From contig JBJMMA010000188.1 of assembly GCA_045805065.1 (NCBI GenBank), forward strand, positions 1 to 30,997: a stretch of 30,997 bases of DNA, in the 5' to 3' direction. A program made the translations under genes and the position numbers. The number at the start of each line of letters is the position of its first letter. The stretch's first letter is position 1. Of the stretch, positions 1 to 9,619 are shown piece after piece. The notes beneath the pieces are model-generated. The model worked only from the letters and a program-made list of their open reading frames with translations. It was not told the origin of the DNA and searched no databases. Origin of the DNA: Bdellovibrionia bacterium. Its GTDB lineage: Bacteria > Bdellovibrionota > UBA1018.

Positions 1-372
1 GATGGTTCCCAAAATCCAGAGATAGCTTCTTAGATCATGGTTCAAAAGTAGGCGCCGGCGATCGACCGCTTCAAGCCAGCGCGCGCGAATCCGCGGATCG
101 TTGGATCCCAAACGCTCAAGAGCCGTCATCAAGATGCGCGAGGTCGGGAGATCCGAGTTCCGATCGCAAAGCCGCTTGAGCTCCTCGCGATCATTTCTCA
201 AAAGCGCATTGAGTGCTTCGAGGTGAAAGGATTTCAGATCCTGCCCTAACCTGCGATAACTCCAGACTCGCTCAAAGATCACCACCCAGGAGACCAGCGA
301 GCAAATCAAAAGCGGAACCATCACAAATCCGCCGGACCAAAGCATACTGAGAATATTATGTTGCGAGAACAT
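1..372 (-). CDS. MotA/TolQ/ExbB proton-channel family protein (5' part; runs off the window edge)
   Basis: Not in the ORF track. Manual translation from ATG at 372: MFSQHNILSMLWSGGFVMVPLLICSLVSWVVIFERVW...LNHDLRSYLWILGTI. The GG-VM-PL--CS-----ER and L--LGTI motifs are typical of ExbB/TolQ. AAGGAA lies just upstream. Confidence 0.85.
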   Translation of the reverse strand, partial: MFSQHNILSMLWSGGFVMVPLLICSLVSWVVIFERVWSYRRLGQDLKSFHLEALNALLRNDREELKRLCDRNSDLPTSRILMTALERLGSNDPRIRARWLEAVDRRRLLLNHDLRSYLWILGTI

Positions 373-414
373 TTCCTTGAAACCCTATCGATGCGCCCCT
401 AGGATGTCAATCTT

Positions 415-1542
415 ATGAAGACCATTCGCATGACTCCTGCCGTCAGCCGTGCCGCAGTGTCCACCCTTTTAGTAAGCGCCGCCCTATGTACTGTAATGTG
501 CAGTGTAATGCTGAGCGGTTGCAGCTGCGATCGAAAGTCAGGACCTGGCGCAGAGGCTCAAACCGCTGCGCAGAAAACTCCGCAGGGAAGTCATCCTGCG
601 TTGCAGTTCGATTATAAAAATACCTCTGAGCTTCTGATTGCCAAGTCAGATCCCGCAAGTGGGGATCGCTGGGCTGCTCGGATTCAAAGAGATGGAATTC
701 CTTCGCCAGCCAATGAGGATTTGTGGACCATTCAGATGGGCCCTGACTCCATTGCCGCAGGAGATCGCAAGGCTCACGGAACTTTCATCCTTCACCTTCT
801 GGACACGATTCGATCTCTGCAAGTCAAAGAAGCGCCAGTCTCTGGATCTCCCGAATCCTTTGGTCTTGCCTCCCCGCTTTTCATCCTTCGCTGGAGAGTT
901 TCAGAGCCTCGCTCAAGCACATCCAGCGCACCCAATCCTCCCGGCACCGTGCGCGCGCAGGTTTTCAAAGAATACGAAGTCAGGCTCGGTAGCCCTGTCA
1001 AAGGAAGCGACGGGAATTTTGAAGGTCTTTACGCAAGCTTTGGTGGACTCCCTGGAAAGACCTTTATCGTTCAAGGCGCGCTGCTTCGCATGCTTGACAT
1101 GATCACAAGCTTTCAGACGTTAAGACTTCCCACAGTTCTGACGATTTCAAGCGATGACGTGGATGAGATGGAAATACAAAAGCCTGCGGCAAAATCGAAG
1201 TTTTACGCCCAGCGCGAAAATGGTAAATGGGCTGACGCAAAACATCTGCCTGTCAAAGGAGATGTAGACGCGTTTCTCGAACAGGTCACGCATCTGCGCA
1301 TTCTCAAGTTCATGGATGATCCAAGCGAACTCAAGAAAATGGACGCCACGCTCGCGAAGTCTCCCGCTTACACGATGACCTTCAAGGATCGTCATGGCAA
1401 TCCGACCACTTTGAAACTCTATGCGCTTTCAGGCGGACAAAAGGCCTTTGCAACCTTTTCCACCCGAAAGCGACAGAGTCCAAACAGTCTGGCAATTTTT
1501 GAAGTTTACCCAGAGATCTTCAAAAACCTTTCGCTGCTTTAA
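415..1542 (+). CDS. DUF4340-like lipoprotein
   Basis: Hydrophobic N-terminus ending in the lipobox LSGC; 'FGLASP' and repeated beta-rich 'W...' segments typical of DUF4340. Start could be the ATG at 430. Confidence 0.6.
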   Translation: MKTIRMTPAVSRAAVSTLLVSAALCTVMCSVMLSGCSCDRKSGPGAEAQTAAQKTPQGSHPALQFDYKNTSELLIAKSDPASGDRWAARIQRDGIPSPANEDLWTIQMGPDSIAAGDRKAHGTFILHLLDTIRSLQVKEAPVSGSPESFGLASPLFILRWRVSEPRSSTSSAPNPPGTVRAQVFKEYEVRLGSPVKGSDGNFEGLYASFGGLPGKTFIVQGALLRMLDMITSFQTLRLPTVLTISSDDVDEMEIQKPAAKSKFYAQRENGKWADAKHLPVKGDVDAFLEQVTHLRILKFMDDPSELKKMDATLAKSPAYTMTFKDRHGNPTTLKLYALSGGQKAFATFSTRKRQSPNSLAIFEVYPEIFKNLSLL

Positions 1543-1985
1543 GCGACTTTGAGTTGTGGCTTATCTTGATGCTGATCGAGCGGAGTATCGGCCTCGGTGA
1601 TCGTCACGAATTCCTTGCTGAGAATGGCCAGGATGTCGCCGAACGAAATCAGGCCACAAGCTTTGCCCTGCTCATCCACCACAGGCATGCGGCGGACATG
1701 AGCGTTGTGCATCTTTTTAATGCAATCAAAGAGACCATCGGTCACGGATACCGTCTCAACGGACTCCGACATGATCTGCTCAACGGTGCAATCGCTGACG
1801 TCAACATTCTTGGCAATACAGCGCAGAACGATGTCACGATCTGTGACTATTCCGCGCGGCTTGTCGCCTGTAAGAACCATCACCGCACCGACGTTCCGGT
1901 CAGCCATAATCTGAGCCACATCACTCACCTTGGCGTCCGGCTCACAGGTTACAAGATCTTGCTTTCCGATAATATCGCGAATCAT
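1539..1985 (-). CDS. CBS-domain (tandem pair) protein
   Basis: MADRNVGAVMV, GIVTDRDIV, VRRMPVVD, GLISFGDI; AAGGAGG SD upstream. Confidence 0.92.
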   Translation of the reverse strand: MIRDIIGKQDLVTCEPDAKVSDVAQIMADRNVGAVMVLTGDKPRGIVTDRDIVLRCIAKNVDVSDCTVEQIMSESVETVSVTDGLFDCIKKMHNAHVRRMPVVDEQGKACGLISFGDILAILSKEFVTITEADTPLDQHQDKPQLKVA

Positions 1986-2173
1986 ATGAGGAGATCCTCC
2001 TTACACTTTTGCGCGCGAAGCTCCGCCGACCTATAGGTCGGCTTGACTCTCGCGCGAGTTCCTTATTTGTTGATACAATTCAATTGGATTGGTGCATCTC
2101 CCGAGCCATAATCGGCTCATGTGACCAGGCGAGGCGTCAGCCGCGCCGAGAGGATAAAATGAAGGGGAATGGC

Positions 2174-2848
2174 ATGGCCAACAGCTTTGAATGGGTGGTT
2201 TTTGATCTCGACGGCACATTGATTGATACCGAGCCGTCCGCCGCAAAATCAATCAAGCGCACTCTTCAAGGCTGGGGAGTGACTGTTACAGCTGAAGACG
2301 CCAGCTTTGTCACCGGTCGAACCTGGGAGAGTGCGTTTCAATATCTGTTCGCCAAATACGAACTCCCATTGCCACAAAAAGAAGCGGCGCAGAAAATTCT
2401 GGAGAACTACCGCCTCTCGCTGGAGAATGAACTGACGATTGTTCCAGGAAGCGTTGAAGCGGTTCATTCGCTTGCGGCGCGTTATCCCTTAGGCCTGGTC
2501 TCCGGATCTCATCGCAGAGAAATTCTTTGGGCTCTGGAGAAGCTTGGGATTCGCCACCATTTCAAAGTCATCTTGGGCGCAGAAGATTACCCCCGCAGCA
2601 AACCCGCTCCCGATGGCTATCTTGCGGCCATCTCAGAGATGAAATTTTCCGCACAAGGCACGCTGATTTTCGAAGATTCTCATGCAGGCATCGCGTCAGC
2701 GCGCGCTGCAGGAGCCTGGGTCGTTGCGATCACAGGAACCAATCACTTTCGACAAGACGTTTCGCAAGCGCATCATCACATTCCAGATCTCTCGGAAGTC
2801 ACGGCGGACTGGGTCAAAGATTTGGGAAAAAAACTTCGCGATTCCTAA
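2174..2848 (+). CDS. HAD-family phosphatase (beta-PGM/CbbY-like)
   Basis: FDLDGTLIDT motif I, VSGS, KPAPDGY, FEDSHAG. Start moved to ATG 2174 behind AAGGGG; the track's start at 2009 is a non-canonical upstream extension. Confidence 0.9.
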   Translation: MANSFEWVVFDLDGTLIDTEPSAAKSIKRTLQGWGVTVTAEDASFVTGRTWESAFQYLFAKYELPLPQKEAAQKILENYRLSLENELTIVPGSVEAVHSLAARYPLGLVSGSHRREILWALEKLGIRHHFKVILGAEDYPRSKPAPDGYLAAISEMKFSAQGTLIFEDSHAGIASARAAGAWVVAITGTNHFRQDVSQAHHHIPDLSEVTADWVKDLGKKLRDS

Positions 2849-2874
2849 AAAGCTGTGCAATCTTAGGGTGACAT

Positions 2875-3393
2875 ATGAATAAAGCCACACTCGCAATTAT
2901 TGCAATCGTAGTTGTCGCAGTTGGAGCCTGGATCTCGATGAAATCTTCTGAGAAGAAGACCGAAGATCAAGCTCAAACGCAGCCAGTTTCTGCAGCATCG
3001 CCTGCAGCAGCTGCATCTGCAGCTCCAGCAGCAGCCACCACCGTCGCTCCAGTGACTGAACTTAAAATTGAAGATCAAGTCGTTGGAACCGGCGCTGAAG
3101 CTGGTCCCGGAAAAATGGTTTCGGTTCACTACACCGGAACGCTGACCGACGGATCGAAGTTTGATTCATCGCTCGATCGAAACCAGCCTTTTTCGTTTCG
3201 CATGAGCAAGGATCCTGCATCTCGGCAAGTGATCGAAGGATGGGAAAAGGGCCTGACGGGAATGAAAGTCGGCGGCAAGCGCCGTTTGATCATTCCTCCG
3301 CAGATGGCTTACGGCCCAGAAGGTCGCCCTCCTGTGATTCCACCGAACGCAACTCTGGTATTCGACATTCAGCTTCTGAGTGTCGCCGACTAA
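2875..3393 (+). CDS. FKBP-type peptidyl-prolyl isomerase with N-terminal membrane anchor and Ala-rich linker
   Basis: [57 protein letters not shown]. Confidence 0.95.
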   Translation: MNKATLAIIAIVVVAVGAWISMKSSEKKTEDQAQTQPVSAASPAAAASAAPAAATTVAPVTELKIEDQVVGTGAEAGPGKMVSVHYTGTLTDGSKFDSSLDRNQPFSFRMSKDPASRQVIEGWEKGLTGMKVGGKRRLIIPPQMAYGPEGRPPVIPPNATLVFDIQLLSVAD

Positions 3394-3430
3394 CGTAGTT
3401 TTTTTCACTTAACATCAAAAGGAGAAGAGT

Positions 3431-3655
3431 ATGGAAAACCAAGAAAACACCACTGCAGGCGGCGAAGAAGGCGGAGAAATCCTCGTTGTCGCTTCCAAGA
3501 TCAAGAACTACATCCGCACCCAATCCAGCATGAATACCTCTTCTGCTGTGATGGATGCTCTTTCCCGCAAGATCCGCAAAATGTGCGATCAAGCAATTGA
3601 GCACGCCAAGCAAGACGGCCGCAAGACCGTCATGGATCGCGATTTTCCAGTCTGA
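3431..3655 (+). CDS. Bacterial histone (Bd0055/HBb-type histone fold) with acidic N-terminal extension
   Basis: EILVVASKIKNYIR...MNTSSAVMDALS...AKQDGRKTVMDRDF closely parallels Bdellovibrio Bd0055 (EVLVVTSKVK...MNTS...AKADGRKTVMARD) and has the RKTV/RD histone signature. Strong AAGGAG SD. Confidence 0.9.
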   Translation: MENQENTTAGGEEGGEILVVASKIKNYIRTQSSMNTSSAVMDALSRKIRKMCDQAIEHAKQDGRKTVMDRDFPV

Positions 3656-3675
3656 TTGATTTTTAATCTGGCTTC

Positions 3676-3712
3676 GGGGCTCGATATTTCTGGGCGAGCC
3701 CCAAATTTTTTT
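3676..3712 (+). terminator. Rho-independent terminator after the histone gene
   Basis: GGGGCTCG (3676-3683) / CGAGCCCC (3695-3702) stem followed by AAATTTTTTT. Confidence 0.65.
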
Positions 3713-3759
3713 AGAATTTTTCAAACCTCCTCTAACCCACCTTCCCGCTGAGGTCTCCC

Positions 3760-4605
3760 TTGGCAAAAACCAAAAAATCCAGCACCACTCTTCAAGGCTC
3801 CCGCGGATATCTCCATGGATATTCCAAGGAAGAACAAGATCGCCTATACAAGCAAGCGCGCTTTCTTGAAGGCAACGTCTACAGCAGTGTCGACTTCTCT
3901 ACTCAAAATCAGATCCTTGAAGTGGGATGCGGCGTAGGCGCGCAGACTGCGATTCTGCTGGAGCGGTTTCCCAATCTGAAAATCCAAGGCATCGATGCCT
4001 CAGCCAAGCAGATCGCGCGGGCAAAGGATTATTTTAAAAAGCACTCGGCCAAGAACCGAGTCAAATTCGACATTGGCGATGCGCTTCATATGCCTTACGC
4101 TGATAACAGTTTCGATGGCGCTTTCATTTGCTGGTTCTTGGAACACGTTCAGCGCCCCATCGACATTCTTCGCGAGACTCGCAGAACGCTCAAGCCCGGA
4201 AGCACGATTTTTTGCTCCGAAGTTCTGAACGCGACTCTTTATCTTCATCCTTACAGCCCGGCGACTCTTCAATACTGGTTCGCTTTCAACGATCATCAAT
4301 GGAACTTGGGCGGCGATCCTTTTGTCGGAGCAAAGCTTGCAAACTATTTGATGGCTGCGGGCTTTCAAAACGTCACAACCGAAGTCAAAACTCTCTTTTA
4401 CGATAACCGTGCGCCTAAGCGTCGTGCGGAGGTGATTGAGTATTGGACCAGCCTGCTTCTGAGCGGTGCTCCTGGCCTTCTGGAAGCCGGCAAAACAACG
4501 GTTGAGACGGTCGAAGCCATGCAGCGTGAGCTCGGGCACCTCAAGAACGATCCGGACTCCGTTTTCTTTTATTCCTGGATGCAGGCCAAGGCACAGGCTT
4601 TTTAA
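3760..4605 (+). CDS. Class I SAM-dependent methyltransferase
   Basis: ILEVGCGVG motif I, GIDAS, GDALHMPYADNSFD, LKPGS. TTG start after GAGG. Confidence 0.9.
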   Translation: MAKTKKSSTTLQGSRGYLHGYSKEEQDRLYKQARFLEGNVYSSVDFSTQNQILEVGCGVGAQTAILLERFPNLKIQGIDASAKQIARAKDYFKKHSAKNRVKFDIGDALHMPYADNSFDGAFICWFLEHVQRPIDILRETRRTLKPGSTIFCSEVLNATLYLHPYSPATLQYWFAFNDHQWNLGGDPFVGAKLANYLMAAGFQNVTTEVKTLFYDNRAPKRRAEVIEYWTSLLLSGAPGLLEAGKTTVETVEAMQRELGHLKNDPDSVFFYSWMQAKAQAF

Positions 4606-4607
4606 TC

Positions 4608-5033
4608 ATGCGCGAAATCTCAGTCAGCAAACCCGCACTCAAAGCAATCTTCGAACACCTCGGTGGCGCCATCCGTGGAGAAGAAAAGCTTCGCGCGATT
4701 CTCAAAGACTTCTATCACCGCATGTCTCAGGACATTCTGATCGGCTTCTTCTTTGATGGAAAAGATCTCGATCAGATCGCTGAAATGCAGAAGGCCTTTC
4801 TCATGCGTGCGATGGGCGCTGCCCCTTCTTACTCAGGAAAGCCCCCTGCCAAGGCCCACGACTCGCTCGCGCCGATTCTCGCGGGCCACTTTGATCGCAG
4901 GCTTCGCATCCTCGAAGATACGCTTGCTGCCCATGGCGTGAACGCTGAGGATATCCGCACCTGGATCGAGTTTGAAAGCGCTTTCCGCGACGGGATTCAA
5001 GGCGAAGAAGGCTCTTACGTAAAGAACCCCTGA
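4608..5033 (+). CDS. Group I truncated (2/2) haemoglobin
   Basis: LGG, DFYHRM (B10 Tyr), FF CD region, Q...FL, YSGK...AH (proximal His), HFD. Confidence 0.85.
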   Translation: MREISVSKPALKAIFEHLGGAIRGEEKLRAILKDFYHRMSQDILIGFFFDGKDLDQIAEMQKAFLMRAMGAAPSYSGKPPAKAHDSLAPILAGHFDRRLRILEDTLAAHGVNAEDIRTWIEFESAFRDGIQGEEGSYVKNP

Positions 5034-5239
5034 AAGTCGATTCCATCCTTCTAAGCGACAATCCTTGTGCGTTTCTGATCGCTTCTCACCCTAACAATTG
5101 CACCAGATCTACTGCGACATTTTGAACGAACGTTGTCTAGCAAGCATTCTCATAATGGACGGCATTAAGTGAGCACTCCCAAAAGGCCTGCGACAATTCA
5201 ATTGACCCGTCGCAGCAAGAATGTCAAAAGCAGTCCCTC

Positions 5240-6235
5240 ATGAAGAACAGTAAGCCTCTTTTTCCCGTGCTCTCTCTACTCACGCTGGCTGTGGGAATGG
5301 CAATTTCATGTCCATCGTATGGAATATTCGATCCCAAAAACGAGTTTACTGTAGATGCTGGCAAGTTTCCCTTTAGCCAAATCGTTCGATTAAAGATCGA
5401 CTTTAAAGATGGGCATCATGGATTCTGCAGTGGCGCAATCATTAGCCCCAAACTCGTACTAACGGCAGTTCATTGTGTGTTCGACTCGTCTGATAGTATT
5501 CAGCAGGTCACCGAGATGCGCACAGGCCTAATTTCTCAGAAGCCTATCGCTGGGAATGCCTATTCCCTGGGGTCCGGTGGGTATCGAGTTGTCGGCGATG
5601 TGGCCTTCATATATTTTTCTGACGCGAACTTTGCGGAACCATTTTTGGATATTGATTTTACAAGCGAAGTTCACTCAGAAACGGGAATCCAAGCACTTGC
5701 AACCGGCTATGGCGCTCACATTGATCCCGTAAAAATCTCAGAAGTGGATGGCAATCTTCGCGCACATGAATGTCGGGTCGAGCTATCGGTGAATTCGATA
5801 GGCTCTAAATCAAGTTGCGGCTTGAGACCTGGTGATTCTGGCGCGCCGTTGATTATTGGAAACTCAATAGTTGGAGTGGCATCAACAGAGGATGGCATGT
5901 TTAGTTCCGAGAGCTGGGCCCGCATTGAAATATCAAAAGCCTTCGATACCAAGAAATACGCAGACAAGATCGTAAGCAATCTTGATAGACTTGGAAACCA
6001 ACTCAAAGAAGTCGGCTACGAACGCAACGTTCAATGCAAGTGCGACCTCAAAACATACGAAGTAAAGACACGTTGGTTTTCAAGTGAACAGTATCTCAAT
6101 GAAACAGGCTCTAAAGTCGAAACTCTATCGCTTACTCGAATAGGAGCGTCTGAGTCGTTATGCAAAATCATTGAGTATAAGCAGGACTGGAATAGTCTGA
6201 GCAGCCGTGAGAACTGCATTCCAGTTAATCTCTGA
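5240..6235 (+). CDS. Secreted trypsin-like (S1) serine protease with Cys-containing C-terminal domain
   Basis: Signal peptide; CSGAII...VLTAVHC (His), GDVAFI (Asp), GDSGAPL (Ser). Confidence 0.88.
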   Translation: MKNSKPLFPVLSLLTLAVGMAISCPSYGIFDPKNEFTVDAGKFPFSQIVRLKIDFKDGHHGFCSGAIISPKLVLTAVHCVFDSSDSIQQVTEMRTGLISQKPIAGNAYSLGSGGYRVVGDVAFIYFSDANFAEPFLDIDFTSEVHSETGIQALATGYGAHIDPVKISEVDGNLRAHECRVELSVNSIGSKSSCGLRPGDSGAPLIIGNSIVGVASTEDGMFSSESWARIEISKAFDTKKYADKIVSNLDRLGNQLKEVGYERNVQCKCDLKTYEVKTRWFSSEQYLNETGSKVETLSLTRIGASESLCKIIEYKQDWNSLSSRENCIPVNL

Positions 6236-6377
6236 TTGTTTAGCCTTCTGATAATTTTAGCTTGAAATAGGCGACCTTCACTTCCATTCCCAGCACGGTC
6301 TGAGCGGAAGCTCGTGTTCAACTCACTTGGTCCTGGTCAGACTTGTCACGAGGAGCTGCTTAAGTTAGGAATACGGA

Positions 6378-6812
6378 ATGAAAGCTAAAAGCCCAATTCC
6401 TGCTAAATACAACCGGGTTATGCCATACATTACGATTTCGAACGCTTTGAATTTTGTGAACTTCACGAAGACCGTCTTTGACGCTCAGGAGATGACTCGA
6501 ATGGGTCCTCCCGGCGGCAAAATTATGCACGGTGAAATCAAGATCGCTGACTCGGTAGTGATGTTCTGCGATGCCAGCTATGATAATCCGGCCGAATCAG
6601 TTTGTCTGATGGTCTACGTTGAAAATGTTGATGAGACTTACAAAAAAGCGCTAGCTGCAGGCGCCAAATCGCGTAGTGAACCAATTAACCAGTTCTACGG
6701 CGATCGGATTGCAAAAATTCAAGATCCGAGCGGAGTTCATTGGGCGATTTCTTCACGGATGGAAGACCTGACGGAGGAAGAAATGCGGCAGCGAGCTCGC
6801 GGAAATCAATAG
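6378..6812 (+). CDS. VOC/PhnB-like glyoxalase-family protein
   Basis: VMPYI, IMHGEIKIADSVVM, VYVENVDETY, QFYGDR, DPSGVHW. Confidence 0.9.
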   Translation: MKAKSPIPAKYNRVMPYITISNALNFVNFTKTVFDAQEMTRMGPPGGKIMHGEIKIADSVVMFCDASYDNPAESVCLMVYVENVDETYKKALAAGAKSRSEPINQFYGDRIAKIQDPSGVHWAISSRMEDLTEEEMRQRARGNQ

Positions 6813-7080
6813 CGATCATCGAGCACTTAGTATTTAAACGAGACACGATTGGAAACATGCTCCAATCCGCCTCAAGCTTATTTCTCTGAACTGACCGGAA
6901 ATCTTTTGCCTTACAGGACAGGTCCGATTGTCCGGTCTGGCCGACTCCGGTACTGACACGCTCAGTGCCGACATTCTGAGGATATCCGCACCTATGCAAA
7001 CAATACCCTCAATTGGTCACGAATTCTTCTGAGACGGAATTGGAATTTTTATCTATACTGAGTAGAAGGAGATCAAAACC

Positions 7081-7305
7081 ATGCGCGCACTGGCCCTTTT
7101 AAGCCTTACTCTTTTGACCGCTTCCCCACTATTCAGCTCTTCCGCTTTCGCTGGCGAGAACTGCAAATGCACCAAGAAATGCATGACCTCATGCGAGAAA
7201 GGCAATTCCAAGAATTGCCACTGCAAGGCATGCGAATGCTCCAAGAACAAGAAGTGCTCTGAGTCTGAAGGCCAGTGCAAGGCAGAGCACGACGATAAGG
7301 CTTGA
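7081..7305 (+). CDS. Small secreted Cys-rich (metallothionein-like) protein
   Basis: AAGGAG SD; signal peptide ending AFA; 10 Cys in the mature part, including CKC, CHC and CEC. Confidence 0.75.
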   Translation: MRALALLSLTLLTASPLFSSSAFAGENCKCTKKCMTSCEKGNSKNCHCKACECSKNKKCSESEGQCKAEHDDKA

Positions 7306-7332
7306 GCCTCGTTAGCAAAGTTTCAAAACAAG

Positions 7333-7376
7333 AGAGCCCACCGGATGAGGAATTTTATACCTACCCGGTGGGCTCT
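7333..7376. terminator. Probable bidirectional terminator between convergent genes
   Basis: 12-bp perfect inverted repeat AGAGCCCACCGG (7333-7344) / CCGGTGGGCTCT (7365-7376), with A-rich left flank and T-rich right flank. Confidence 0.7.
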
Positions 7377-7381
7377 TTGCT

Positions 7382-7756
7382 TTAGTTGAGAGCGACTTTG
7401 TCGATATCGGAAACCAAGCCAAAGTCTTCACGAATCTGGCTCATCTTCCCTTCAATTGTCACTCGATCACCCGGACGAATCCATGTGCCCCGAATCGATG
7501 CGTGCCGAGGGCTCCTTCCGTCTTCAATTCCAATCACTGTTGGAAGCTCTAAATCCATTCCGCTCGCGTGCACAATGACACCCCAATAGTTTATGGGAGC
7601 CATGGTTATGGGCGCGATTCCTTTGCGCTGCACGAACTCAACCGTGCCTTGAATACGTGCGGACTTGGGAGCCGTACTCGGTGACGCAGCCAATGCCGGC
7701 AGAGCGAGTGCTGCTTGCAACAAGACAAATAATGTCGTTACTTTTGATTTCTTCAT
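7382..7756 (-). CDS. Secreted hypothetical protein, possibly OB-fold
   Basis: Signal peptide ending ALA; IQGTV...GDRVTIEGK pattern; AGGAG SD. Confidence 0.6.
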   Translation of the reverse strand: MKKSKVTTLFVLLQAALALPALAASPSTAPKSARIQGTVEFVQRKGIAPITMAPINYWGVIVHASGMDLELPTVIGIEDGRSPRHASIRGTWIRPGDRVTIEGKMSQIREDFGLVSDIDKVALN

Positions 7757-7809
7757 TTTTATCTCCTAATTCAGTTTCGTAAATGCTTTGACGTAAATGC
7801 CTTTGGCAT

Positions 7810-8703
7810 TTACTGCGTGCAGCACAACGCGAACGCGGCAATGTTATCGGCGTTATTTGCGGTACTGACGCAGGTCCATCCCGTTGCACTTGTTCCCGGA
7901 CTTGTGCTGGTGCCAGTCGCGGGAATAGGAACGCCGGTAGGAGCATCGGTACGAAGGTTTCCGTTATCCTGATCGCATCCACCAGAGATCGCGAAGGATC
8001 CGGCAGCGCACGTCGCAGTAGCAGTCTGCTGACTCCGTGCAGTTACAACCCATGAACAATTGCCGAAGTTACCCGTGGCTCCAGTTGCTCCAGTTGCTCC
8101 AGTTGCTCCAGTTGCTCCAGTTGCTCCAGTTGCTCCAGTTGCTCCGGTTGCCCCCGTAGCTCCAGCTGCGCCAGTAGCTCCAGTAGCTCCAGTTGCACCT
8201 GCGGCACCTGTCGCACCGGTTGCTCCAGCAGGACCGGTTGGGCCCTGAGCTCCAGTCCCACCTGCGGCGCCCGTCGCGCCGGTTGCTCCAGCAGGCCCAG
8301 TAGGGCCCTGTGGCCCAGTAGGACCTTGTGGACCTGTTGGTCCTTGCGGACCGGTTGGACCAGTAGGTCCTGTGACTGGGCAACAGCAATCACCGCCCCC
8401 CATCGCATGACCTGTTTCGCAACAGCTGTGGCCTTGGGCCTGAATTGCGCCCGTGTTGCAGCAATCTCCACAGTGGCCATGACTTTCGGCTGTAGCATCT
8501 GGCGCACTTGAACCGCTCAAACTTGCCCAGTGGCGTGCAACTAATCGTTGGAAACTGAAATGATCTGACTGCGTTGTGTTTTGTGACTCACTTGCGAGTG
8601 CCTGAATTGCGATGCTGGATGCTAACACGGTGAAGACCAGGCAAAAATATTTACTGACGCGAAATCCCCGACTCTCTTTCCACTTCTTTTTCTTATTTTC
8701 CAT
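7810..8703 (-). CDS. Exported collagen-like protein (about 34 G-X-Y triplets, mostly GPT/GAT) with Cys/His-rich N-domain and Cys-rich C-terminal head
   Basis: Basic plus hydrophobic N-terminus; uninterrupted Gly-X-Y run; C-terminal ATATC...AISGGC...GWTC...ALCC; AGGGGG SD. Confidence 0.85.
   Translation of the reverse strand: MENKKKKWKESRGFRVSKYFCLVFTVLASSIAIQALASESQNTTQSDHFSFQRLVARHWASLSGSSAPDATAESHGHCGDCCNTGAIQAQGHSCCETGHAMGGGDCCCPVTGPTGPTGPQGPTGPQGPTGPQGPTGPAGATGATGAAGGTGAQGPTGPAGATGATGAAGATGATGATGAAGATGATGATGATGATGATGATGATGATGATGNFGNCSWVVTARSQQTATATCAAGSFAISGGCDQDNGNLRTDAPTGVPIPATGTSTSPGTSATGWTCVSTANNADNIAAFALCCTQ
8078..8149. repeat. 9-bp tandem repeat (GCTCCAGTT x7 plus one variant) encoding Gly-Ala-Thr on the minus strand
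   Basis: Seven perfect copies at 8078-8140, then GCTCCGGTT. Confidence 0.95.
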
Positions 8704-8851
8704 TGAATCCCCCTAGTATGAGCAATCACTAAATTCCTCACCTCGCTCTCGGACCGTCGTCGGCCAGAGCAATCTGCGGACCATGATGCAACTTGCTCGG
8801 CAAAGTTTTTGCTAAAGGCCCGCTCAGCTTTTCTTGCGGGGGAAACAAGCC

Positions 8852-9619
8852 ATGCGGCGCAAAATCGCGATTCTGATTCCGGCATACAATGAAGCCAAGA
8901 GCATCGAGTCGGTTCTACAAGAAGTGTTTAAGTTGAGCATGACTCGGCCGGAATGGGAGATCCTTCCCATCGTGGTGAATGACGGCTCCAGTGACGGGAC
9001 TGAAAGCGTGCTCAAACGCATCGCGCACCGTTACAGCGCTTATGTGATTCACTTTCCTTTAAACCTGGGAATTGGATGCGCGATCCAGGCAGGACTCCGA
9101 GTCGCCGTGACGTGGGGAGCTGACATCGCACTTCAGCTTGACGGCGATGGGCAACATCCCGCGGATCAAATCCCAGTGATCGTACAACCTATCCTGAATC
9201 ATCAATGCGATGTGACGGTGGGATCACGCTATCTTCATGGGGGTGGAGGCAACGTCTCCACCTCAGCAAGGCAGCTTGGCACTTTATTCTTCTCCCGGCT
9301 TCTCAAAACGCTAGTGGGCGTTGAAATCAAGGACACTACGAGCGGATTTCGCGCTTTTAATCGCCAGGCCATGGAGTACCTCGCGCACTGCTACCCCGAT
9401 GATTATGCTGAAGTCGAAGCCTACGTTCTTCTGGCTCGCAAGCGCTTGACCATCCTGGAGGTTCCAGTCCGAATGCGACCCAGGACGCAAGGACGCTCAA
9501 GCATCACGCCGCTGCGTTGCGCGTACTATATGATCAAAGTAGCGTTTGCCGCGATCATTGGCCTGGTTCGCGAACTTCCGCTTCAAATCGAAGCGCGTCA
9601 GGAGTCAGAAGTTGGCTAA
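8852..9619 (+). CDS. Glycosyltransferase family 2 (DPM1-like)
   Basis: LIPAYNE, VNDGSSDGT, NLGIG, DGDGQH, GSRY, DTTSGFR. ATG 8852 preferred over the track's 8834. Confidence 0.92.
   Translation: MRRKIAILIPAYNEAKSIESVLQEVFKLSMTRPEWEILPIVVNDGSSDGTESVLKRIAHRYSAYVIHFPLNLGIGCAIQAGLRVAVTWGADIALQLDGDGQHPADQIPVIVQPILNHQCDVTVGSRYLHGGGGNVSTSARQLGTLFFSRLLKTLVGVEIKDTTSGFRAFNRQAMEYLAHCYPDDYAEVEAYVLLARKRLTILEVPVRMRPRTQGRSSITPLRCAYYMIKVAFAAIIGLVRELPLQIEARQESEVG

Noticed and set aside
2075..5205. ACAATTCAATTG present at both 2075 and 5194
   Set aside because: A single 12-mer match is expected by chance in 31 kb.
8043..8507. Repetitive ORFs (QLEQLE..., VAPVAP..., SNWSNW...)
   Set aside because: Alternative-frame and antisense readings of the collagen 9-bp repeat.
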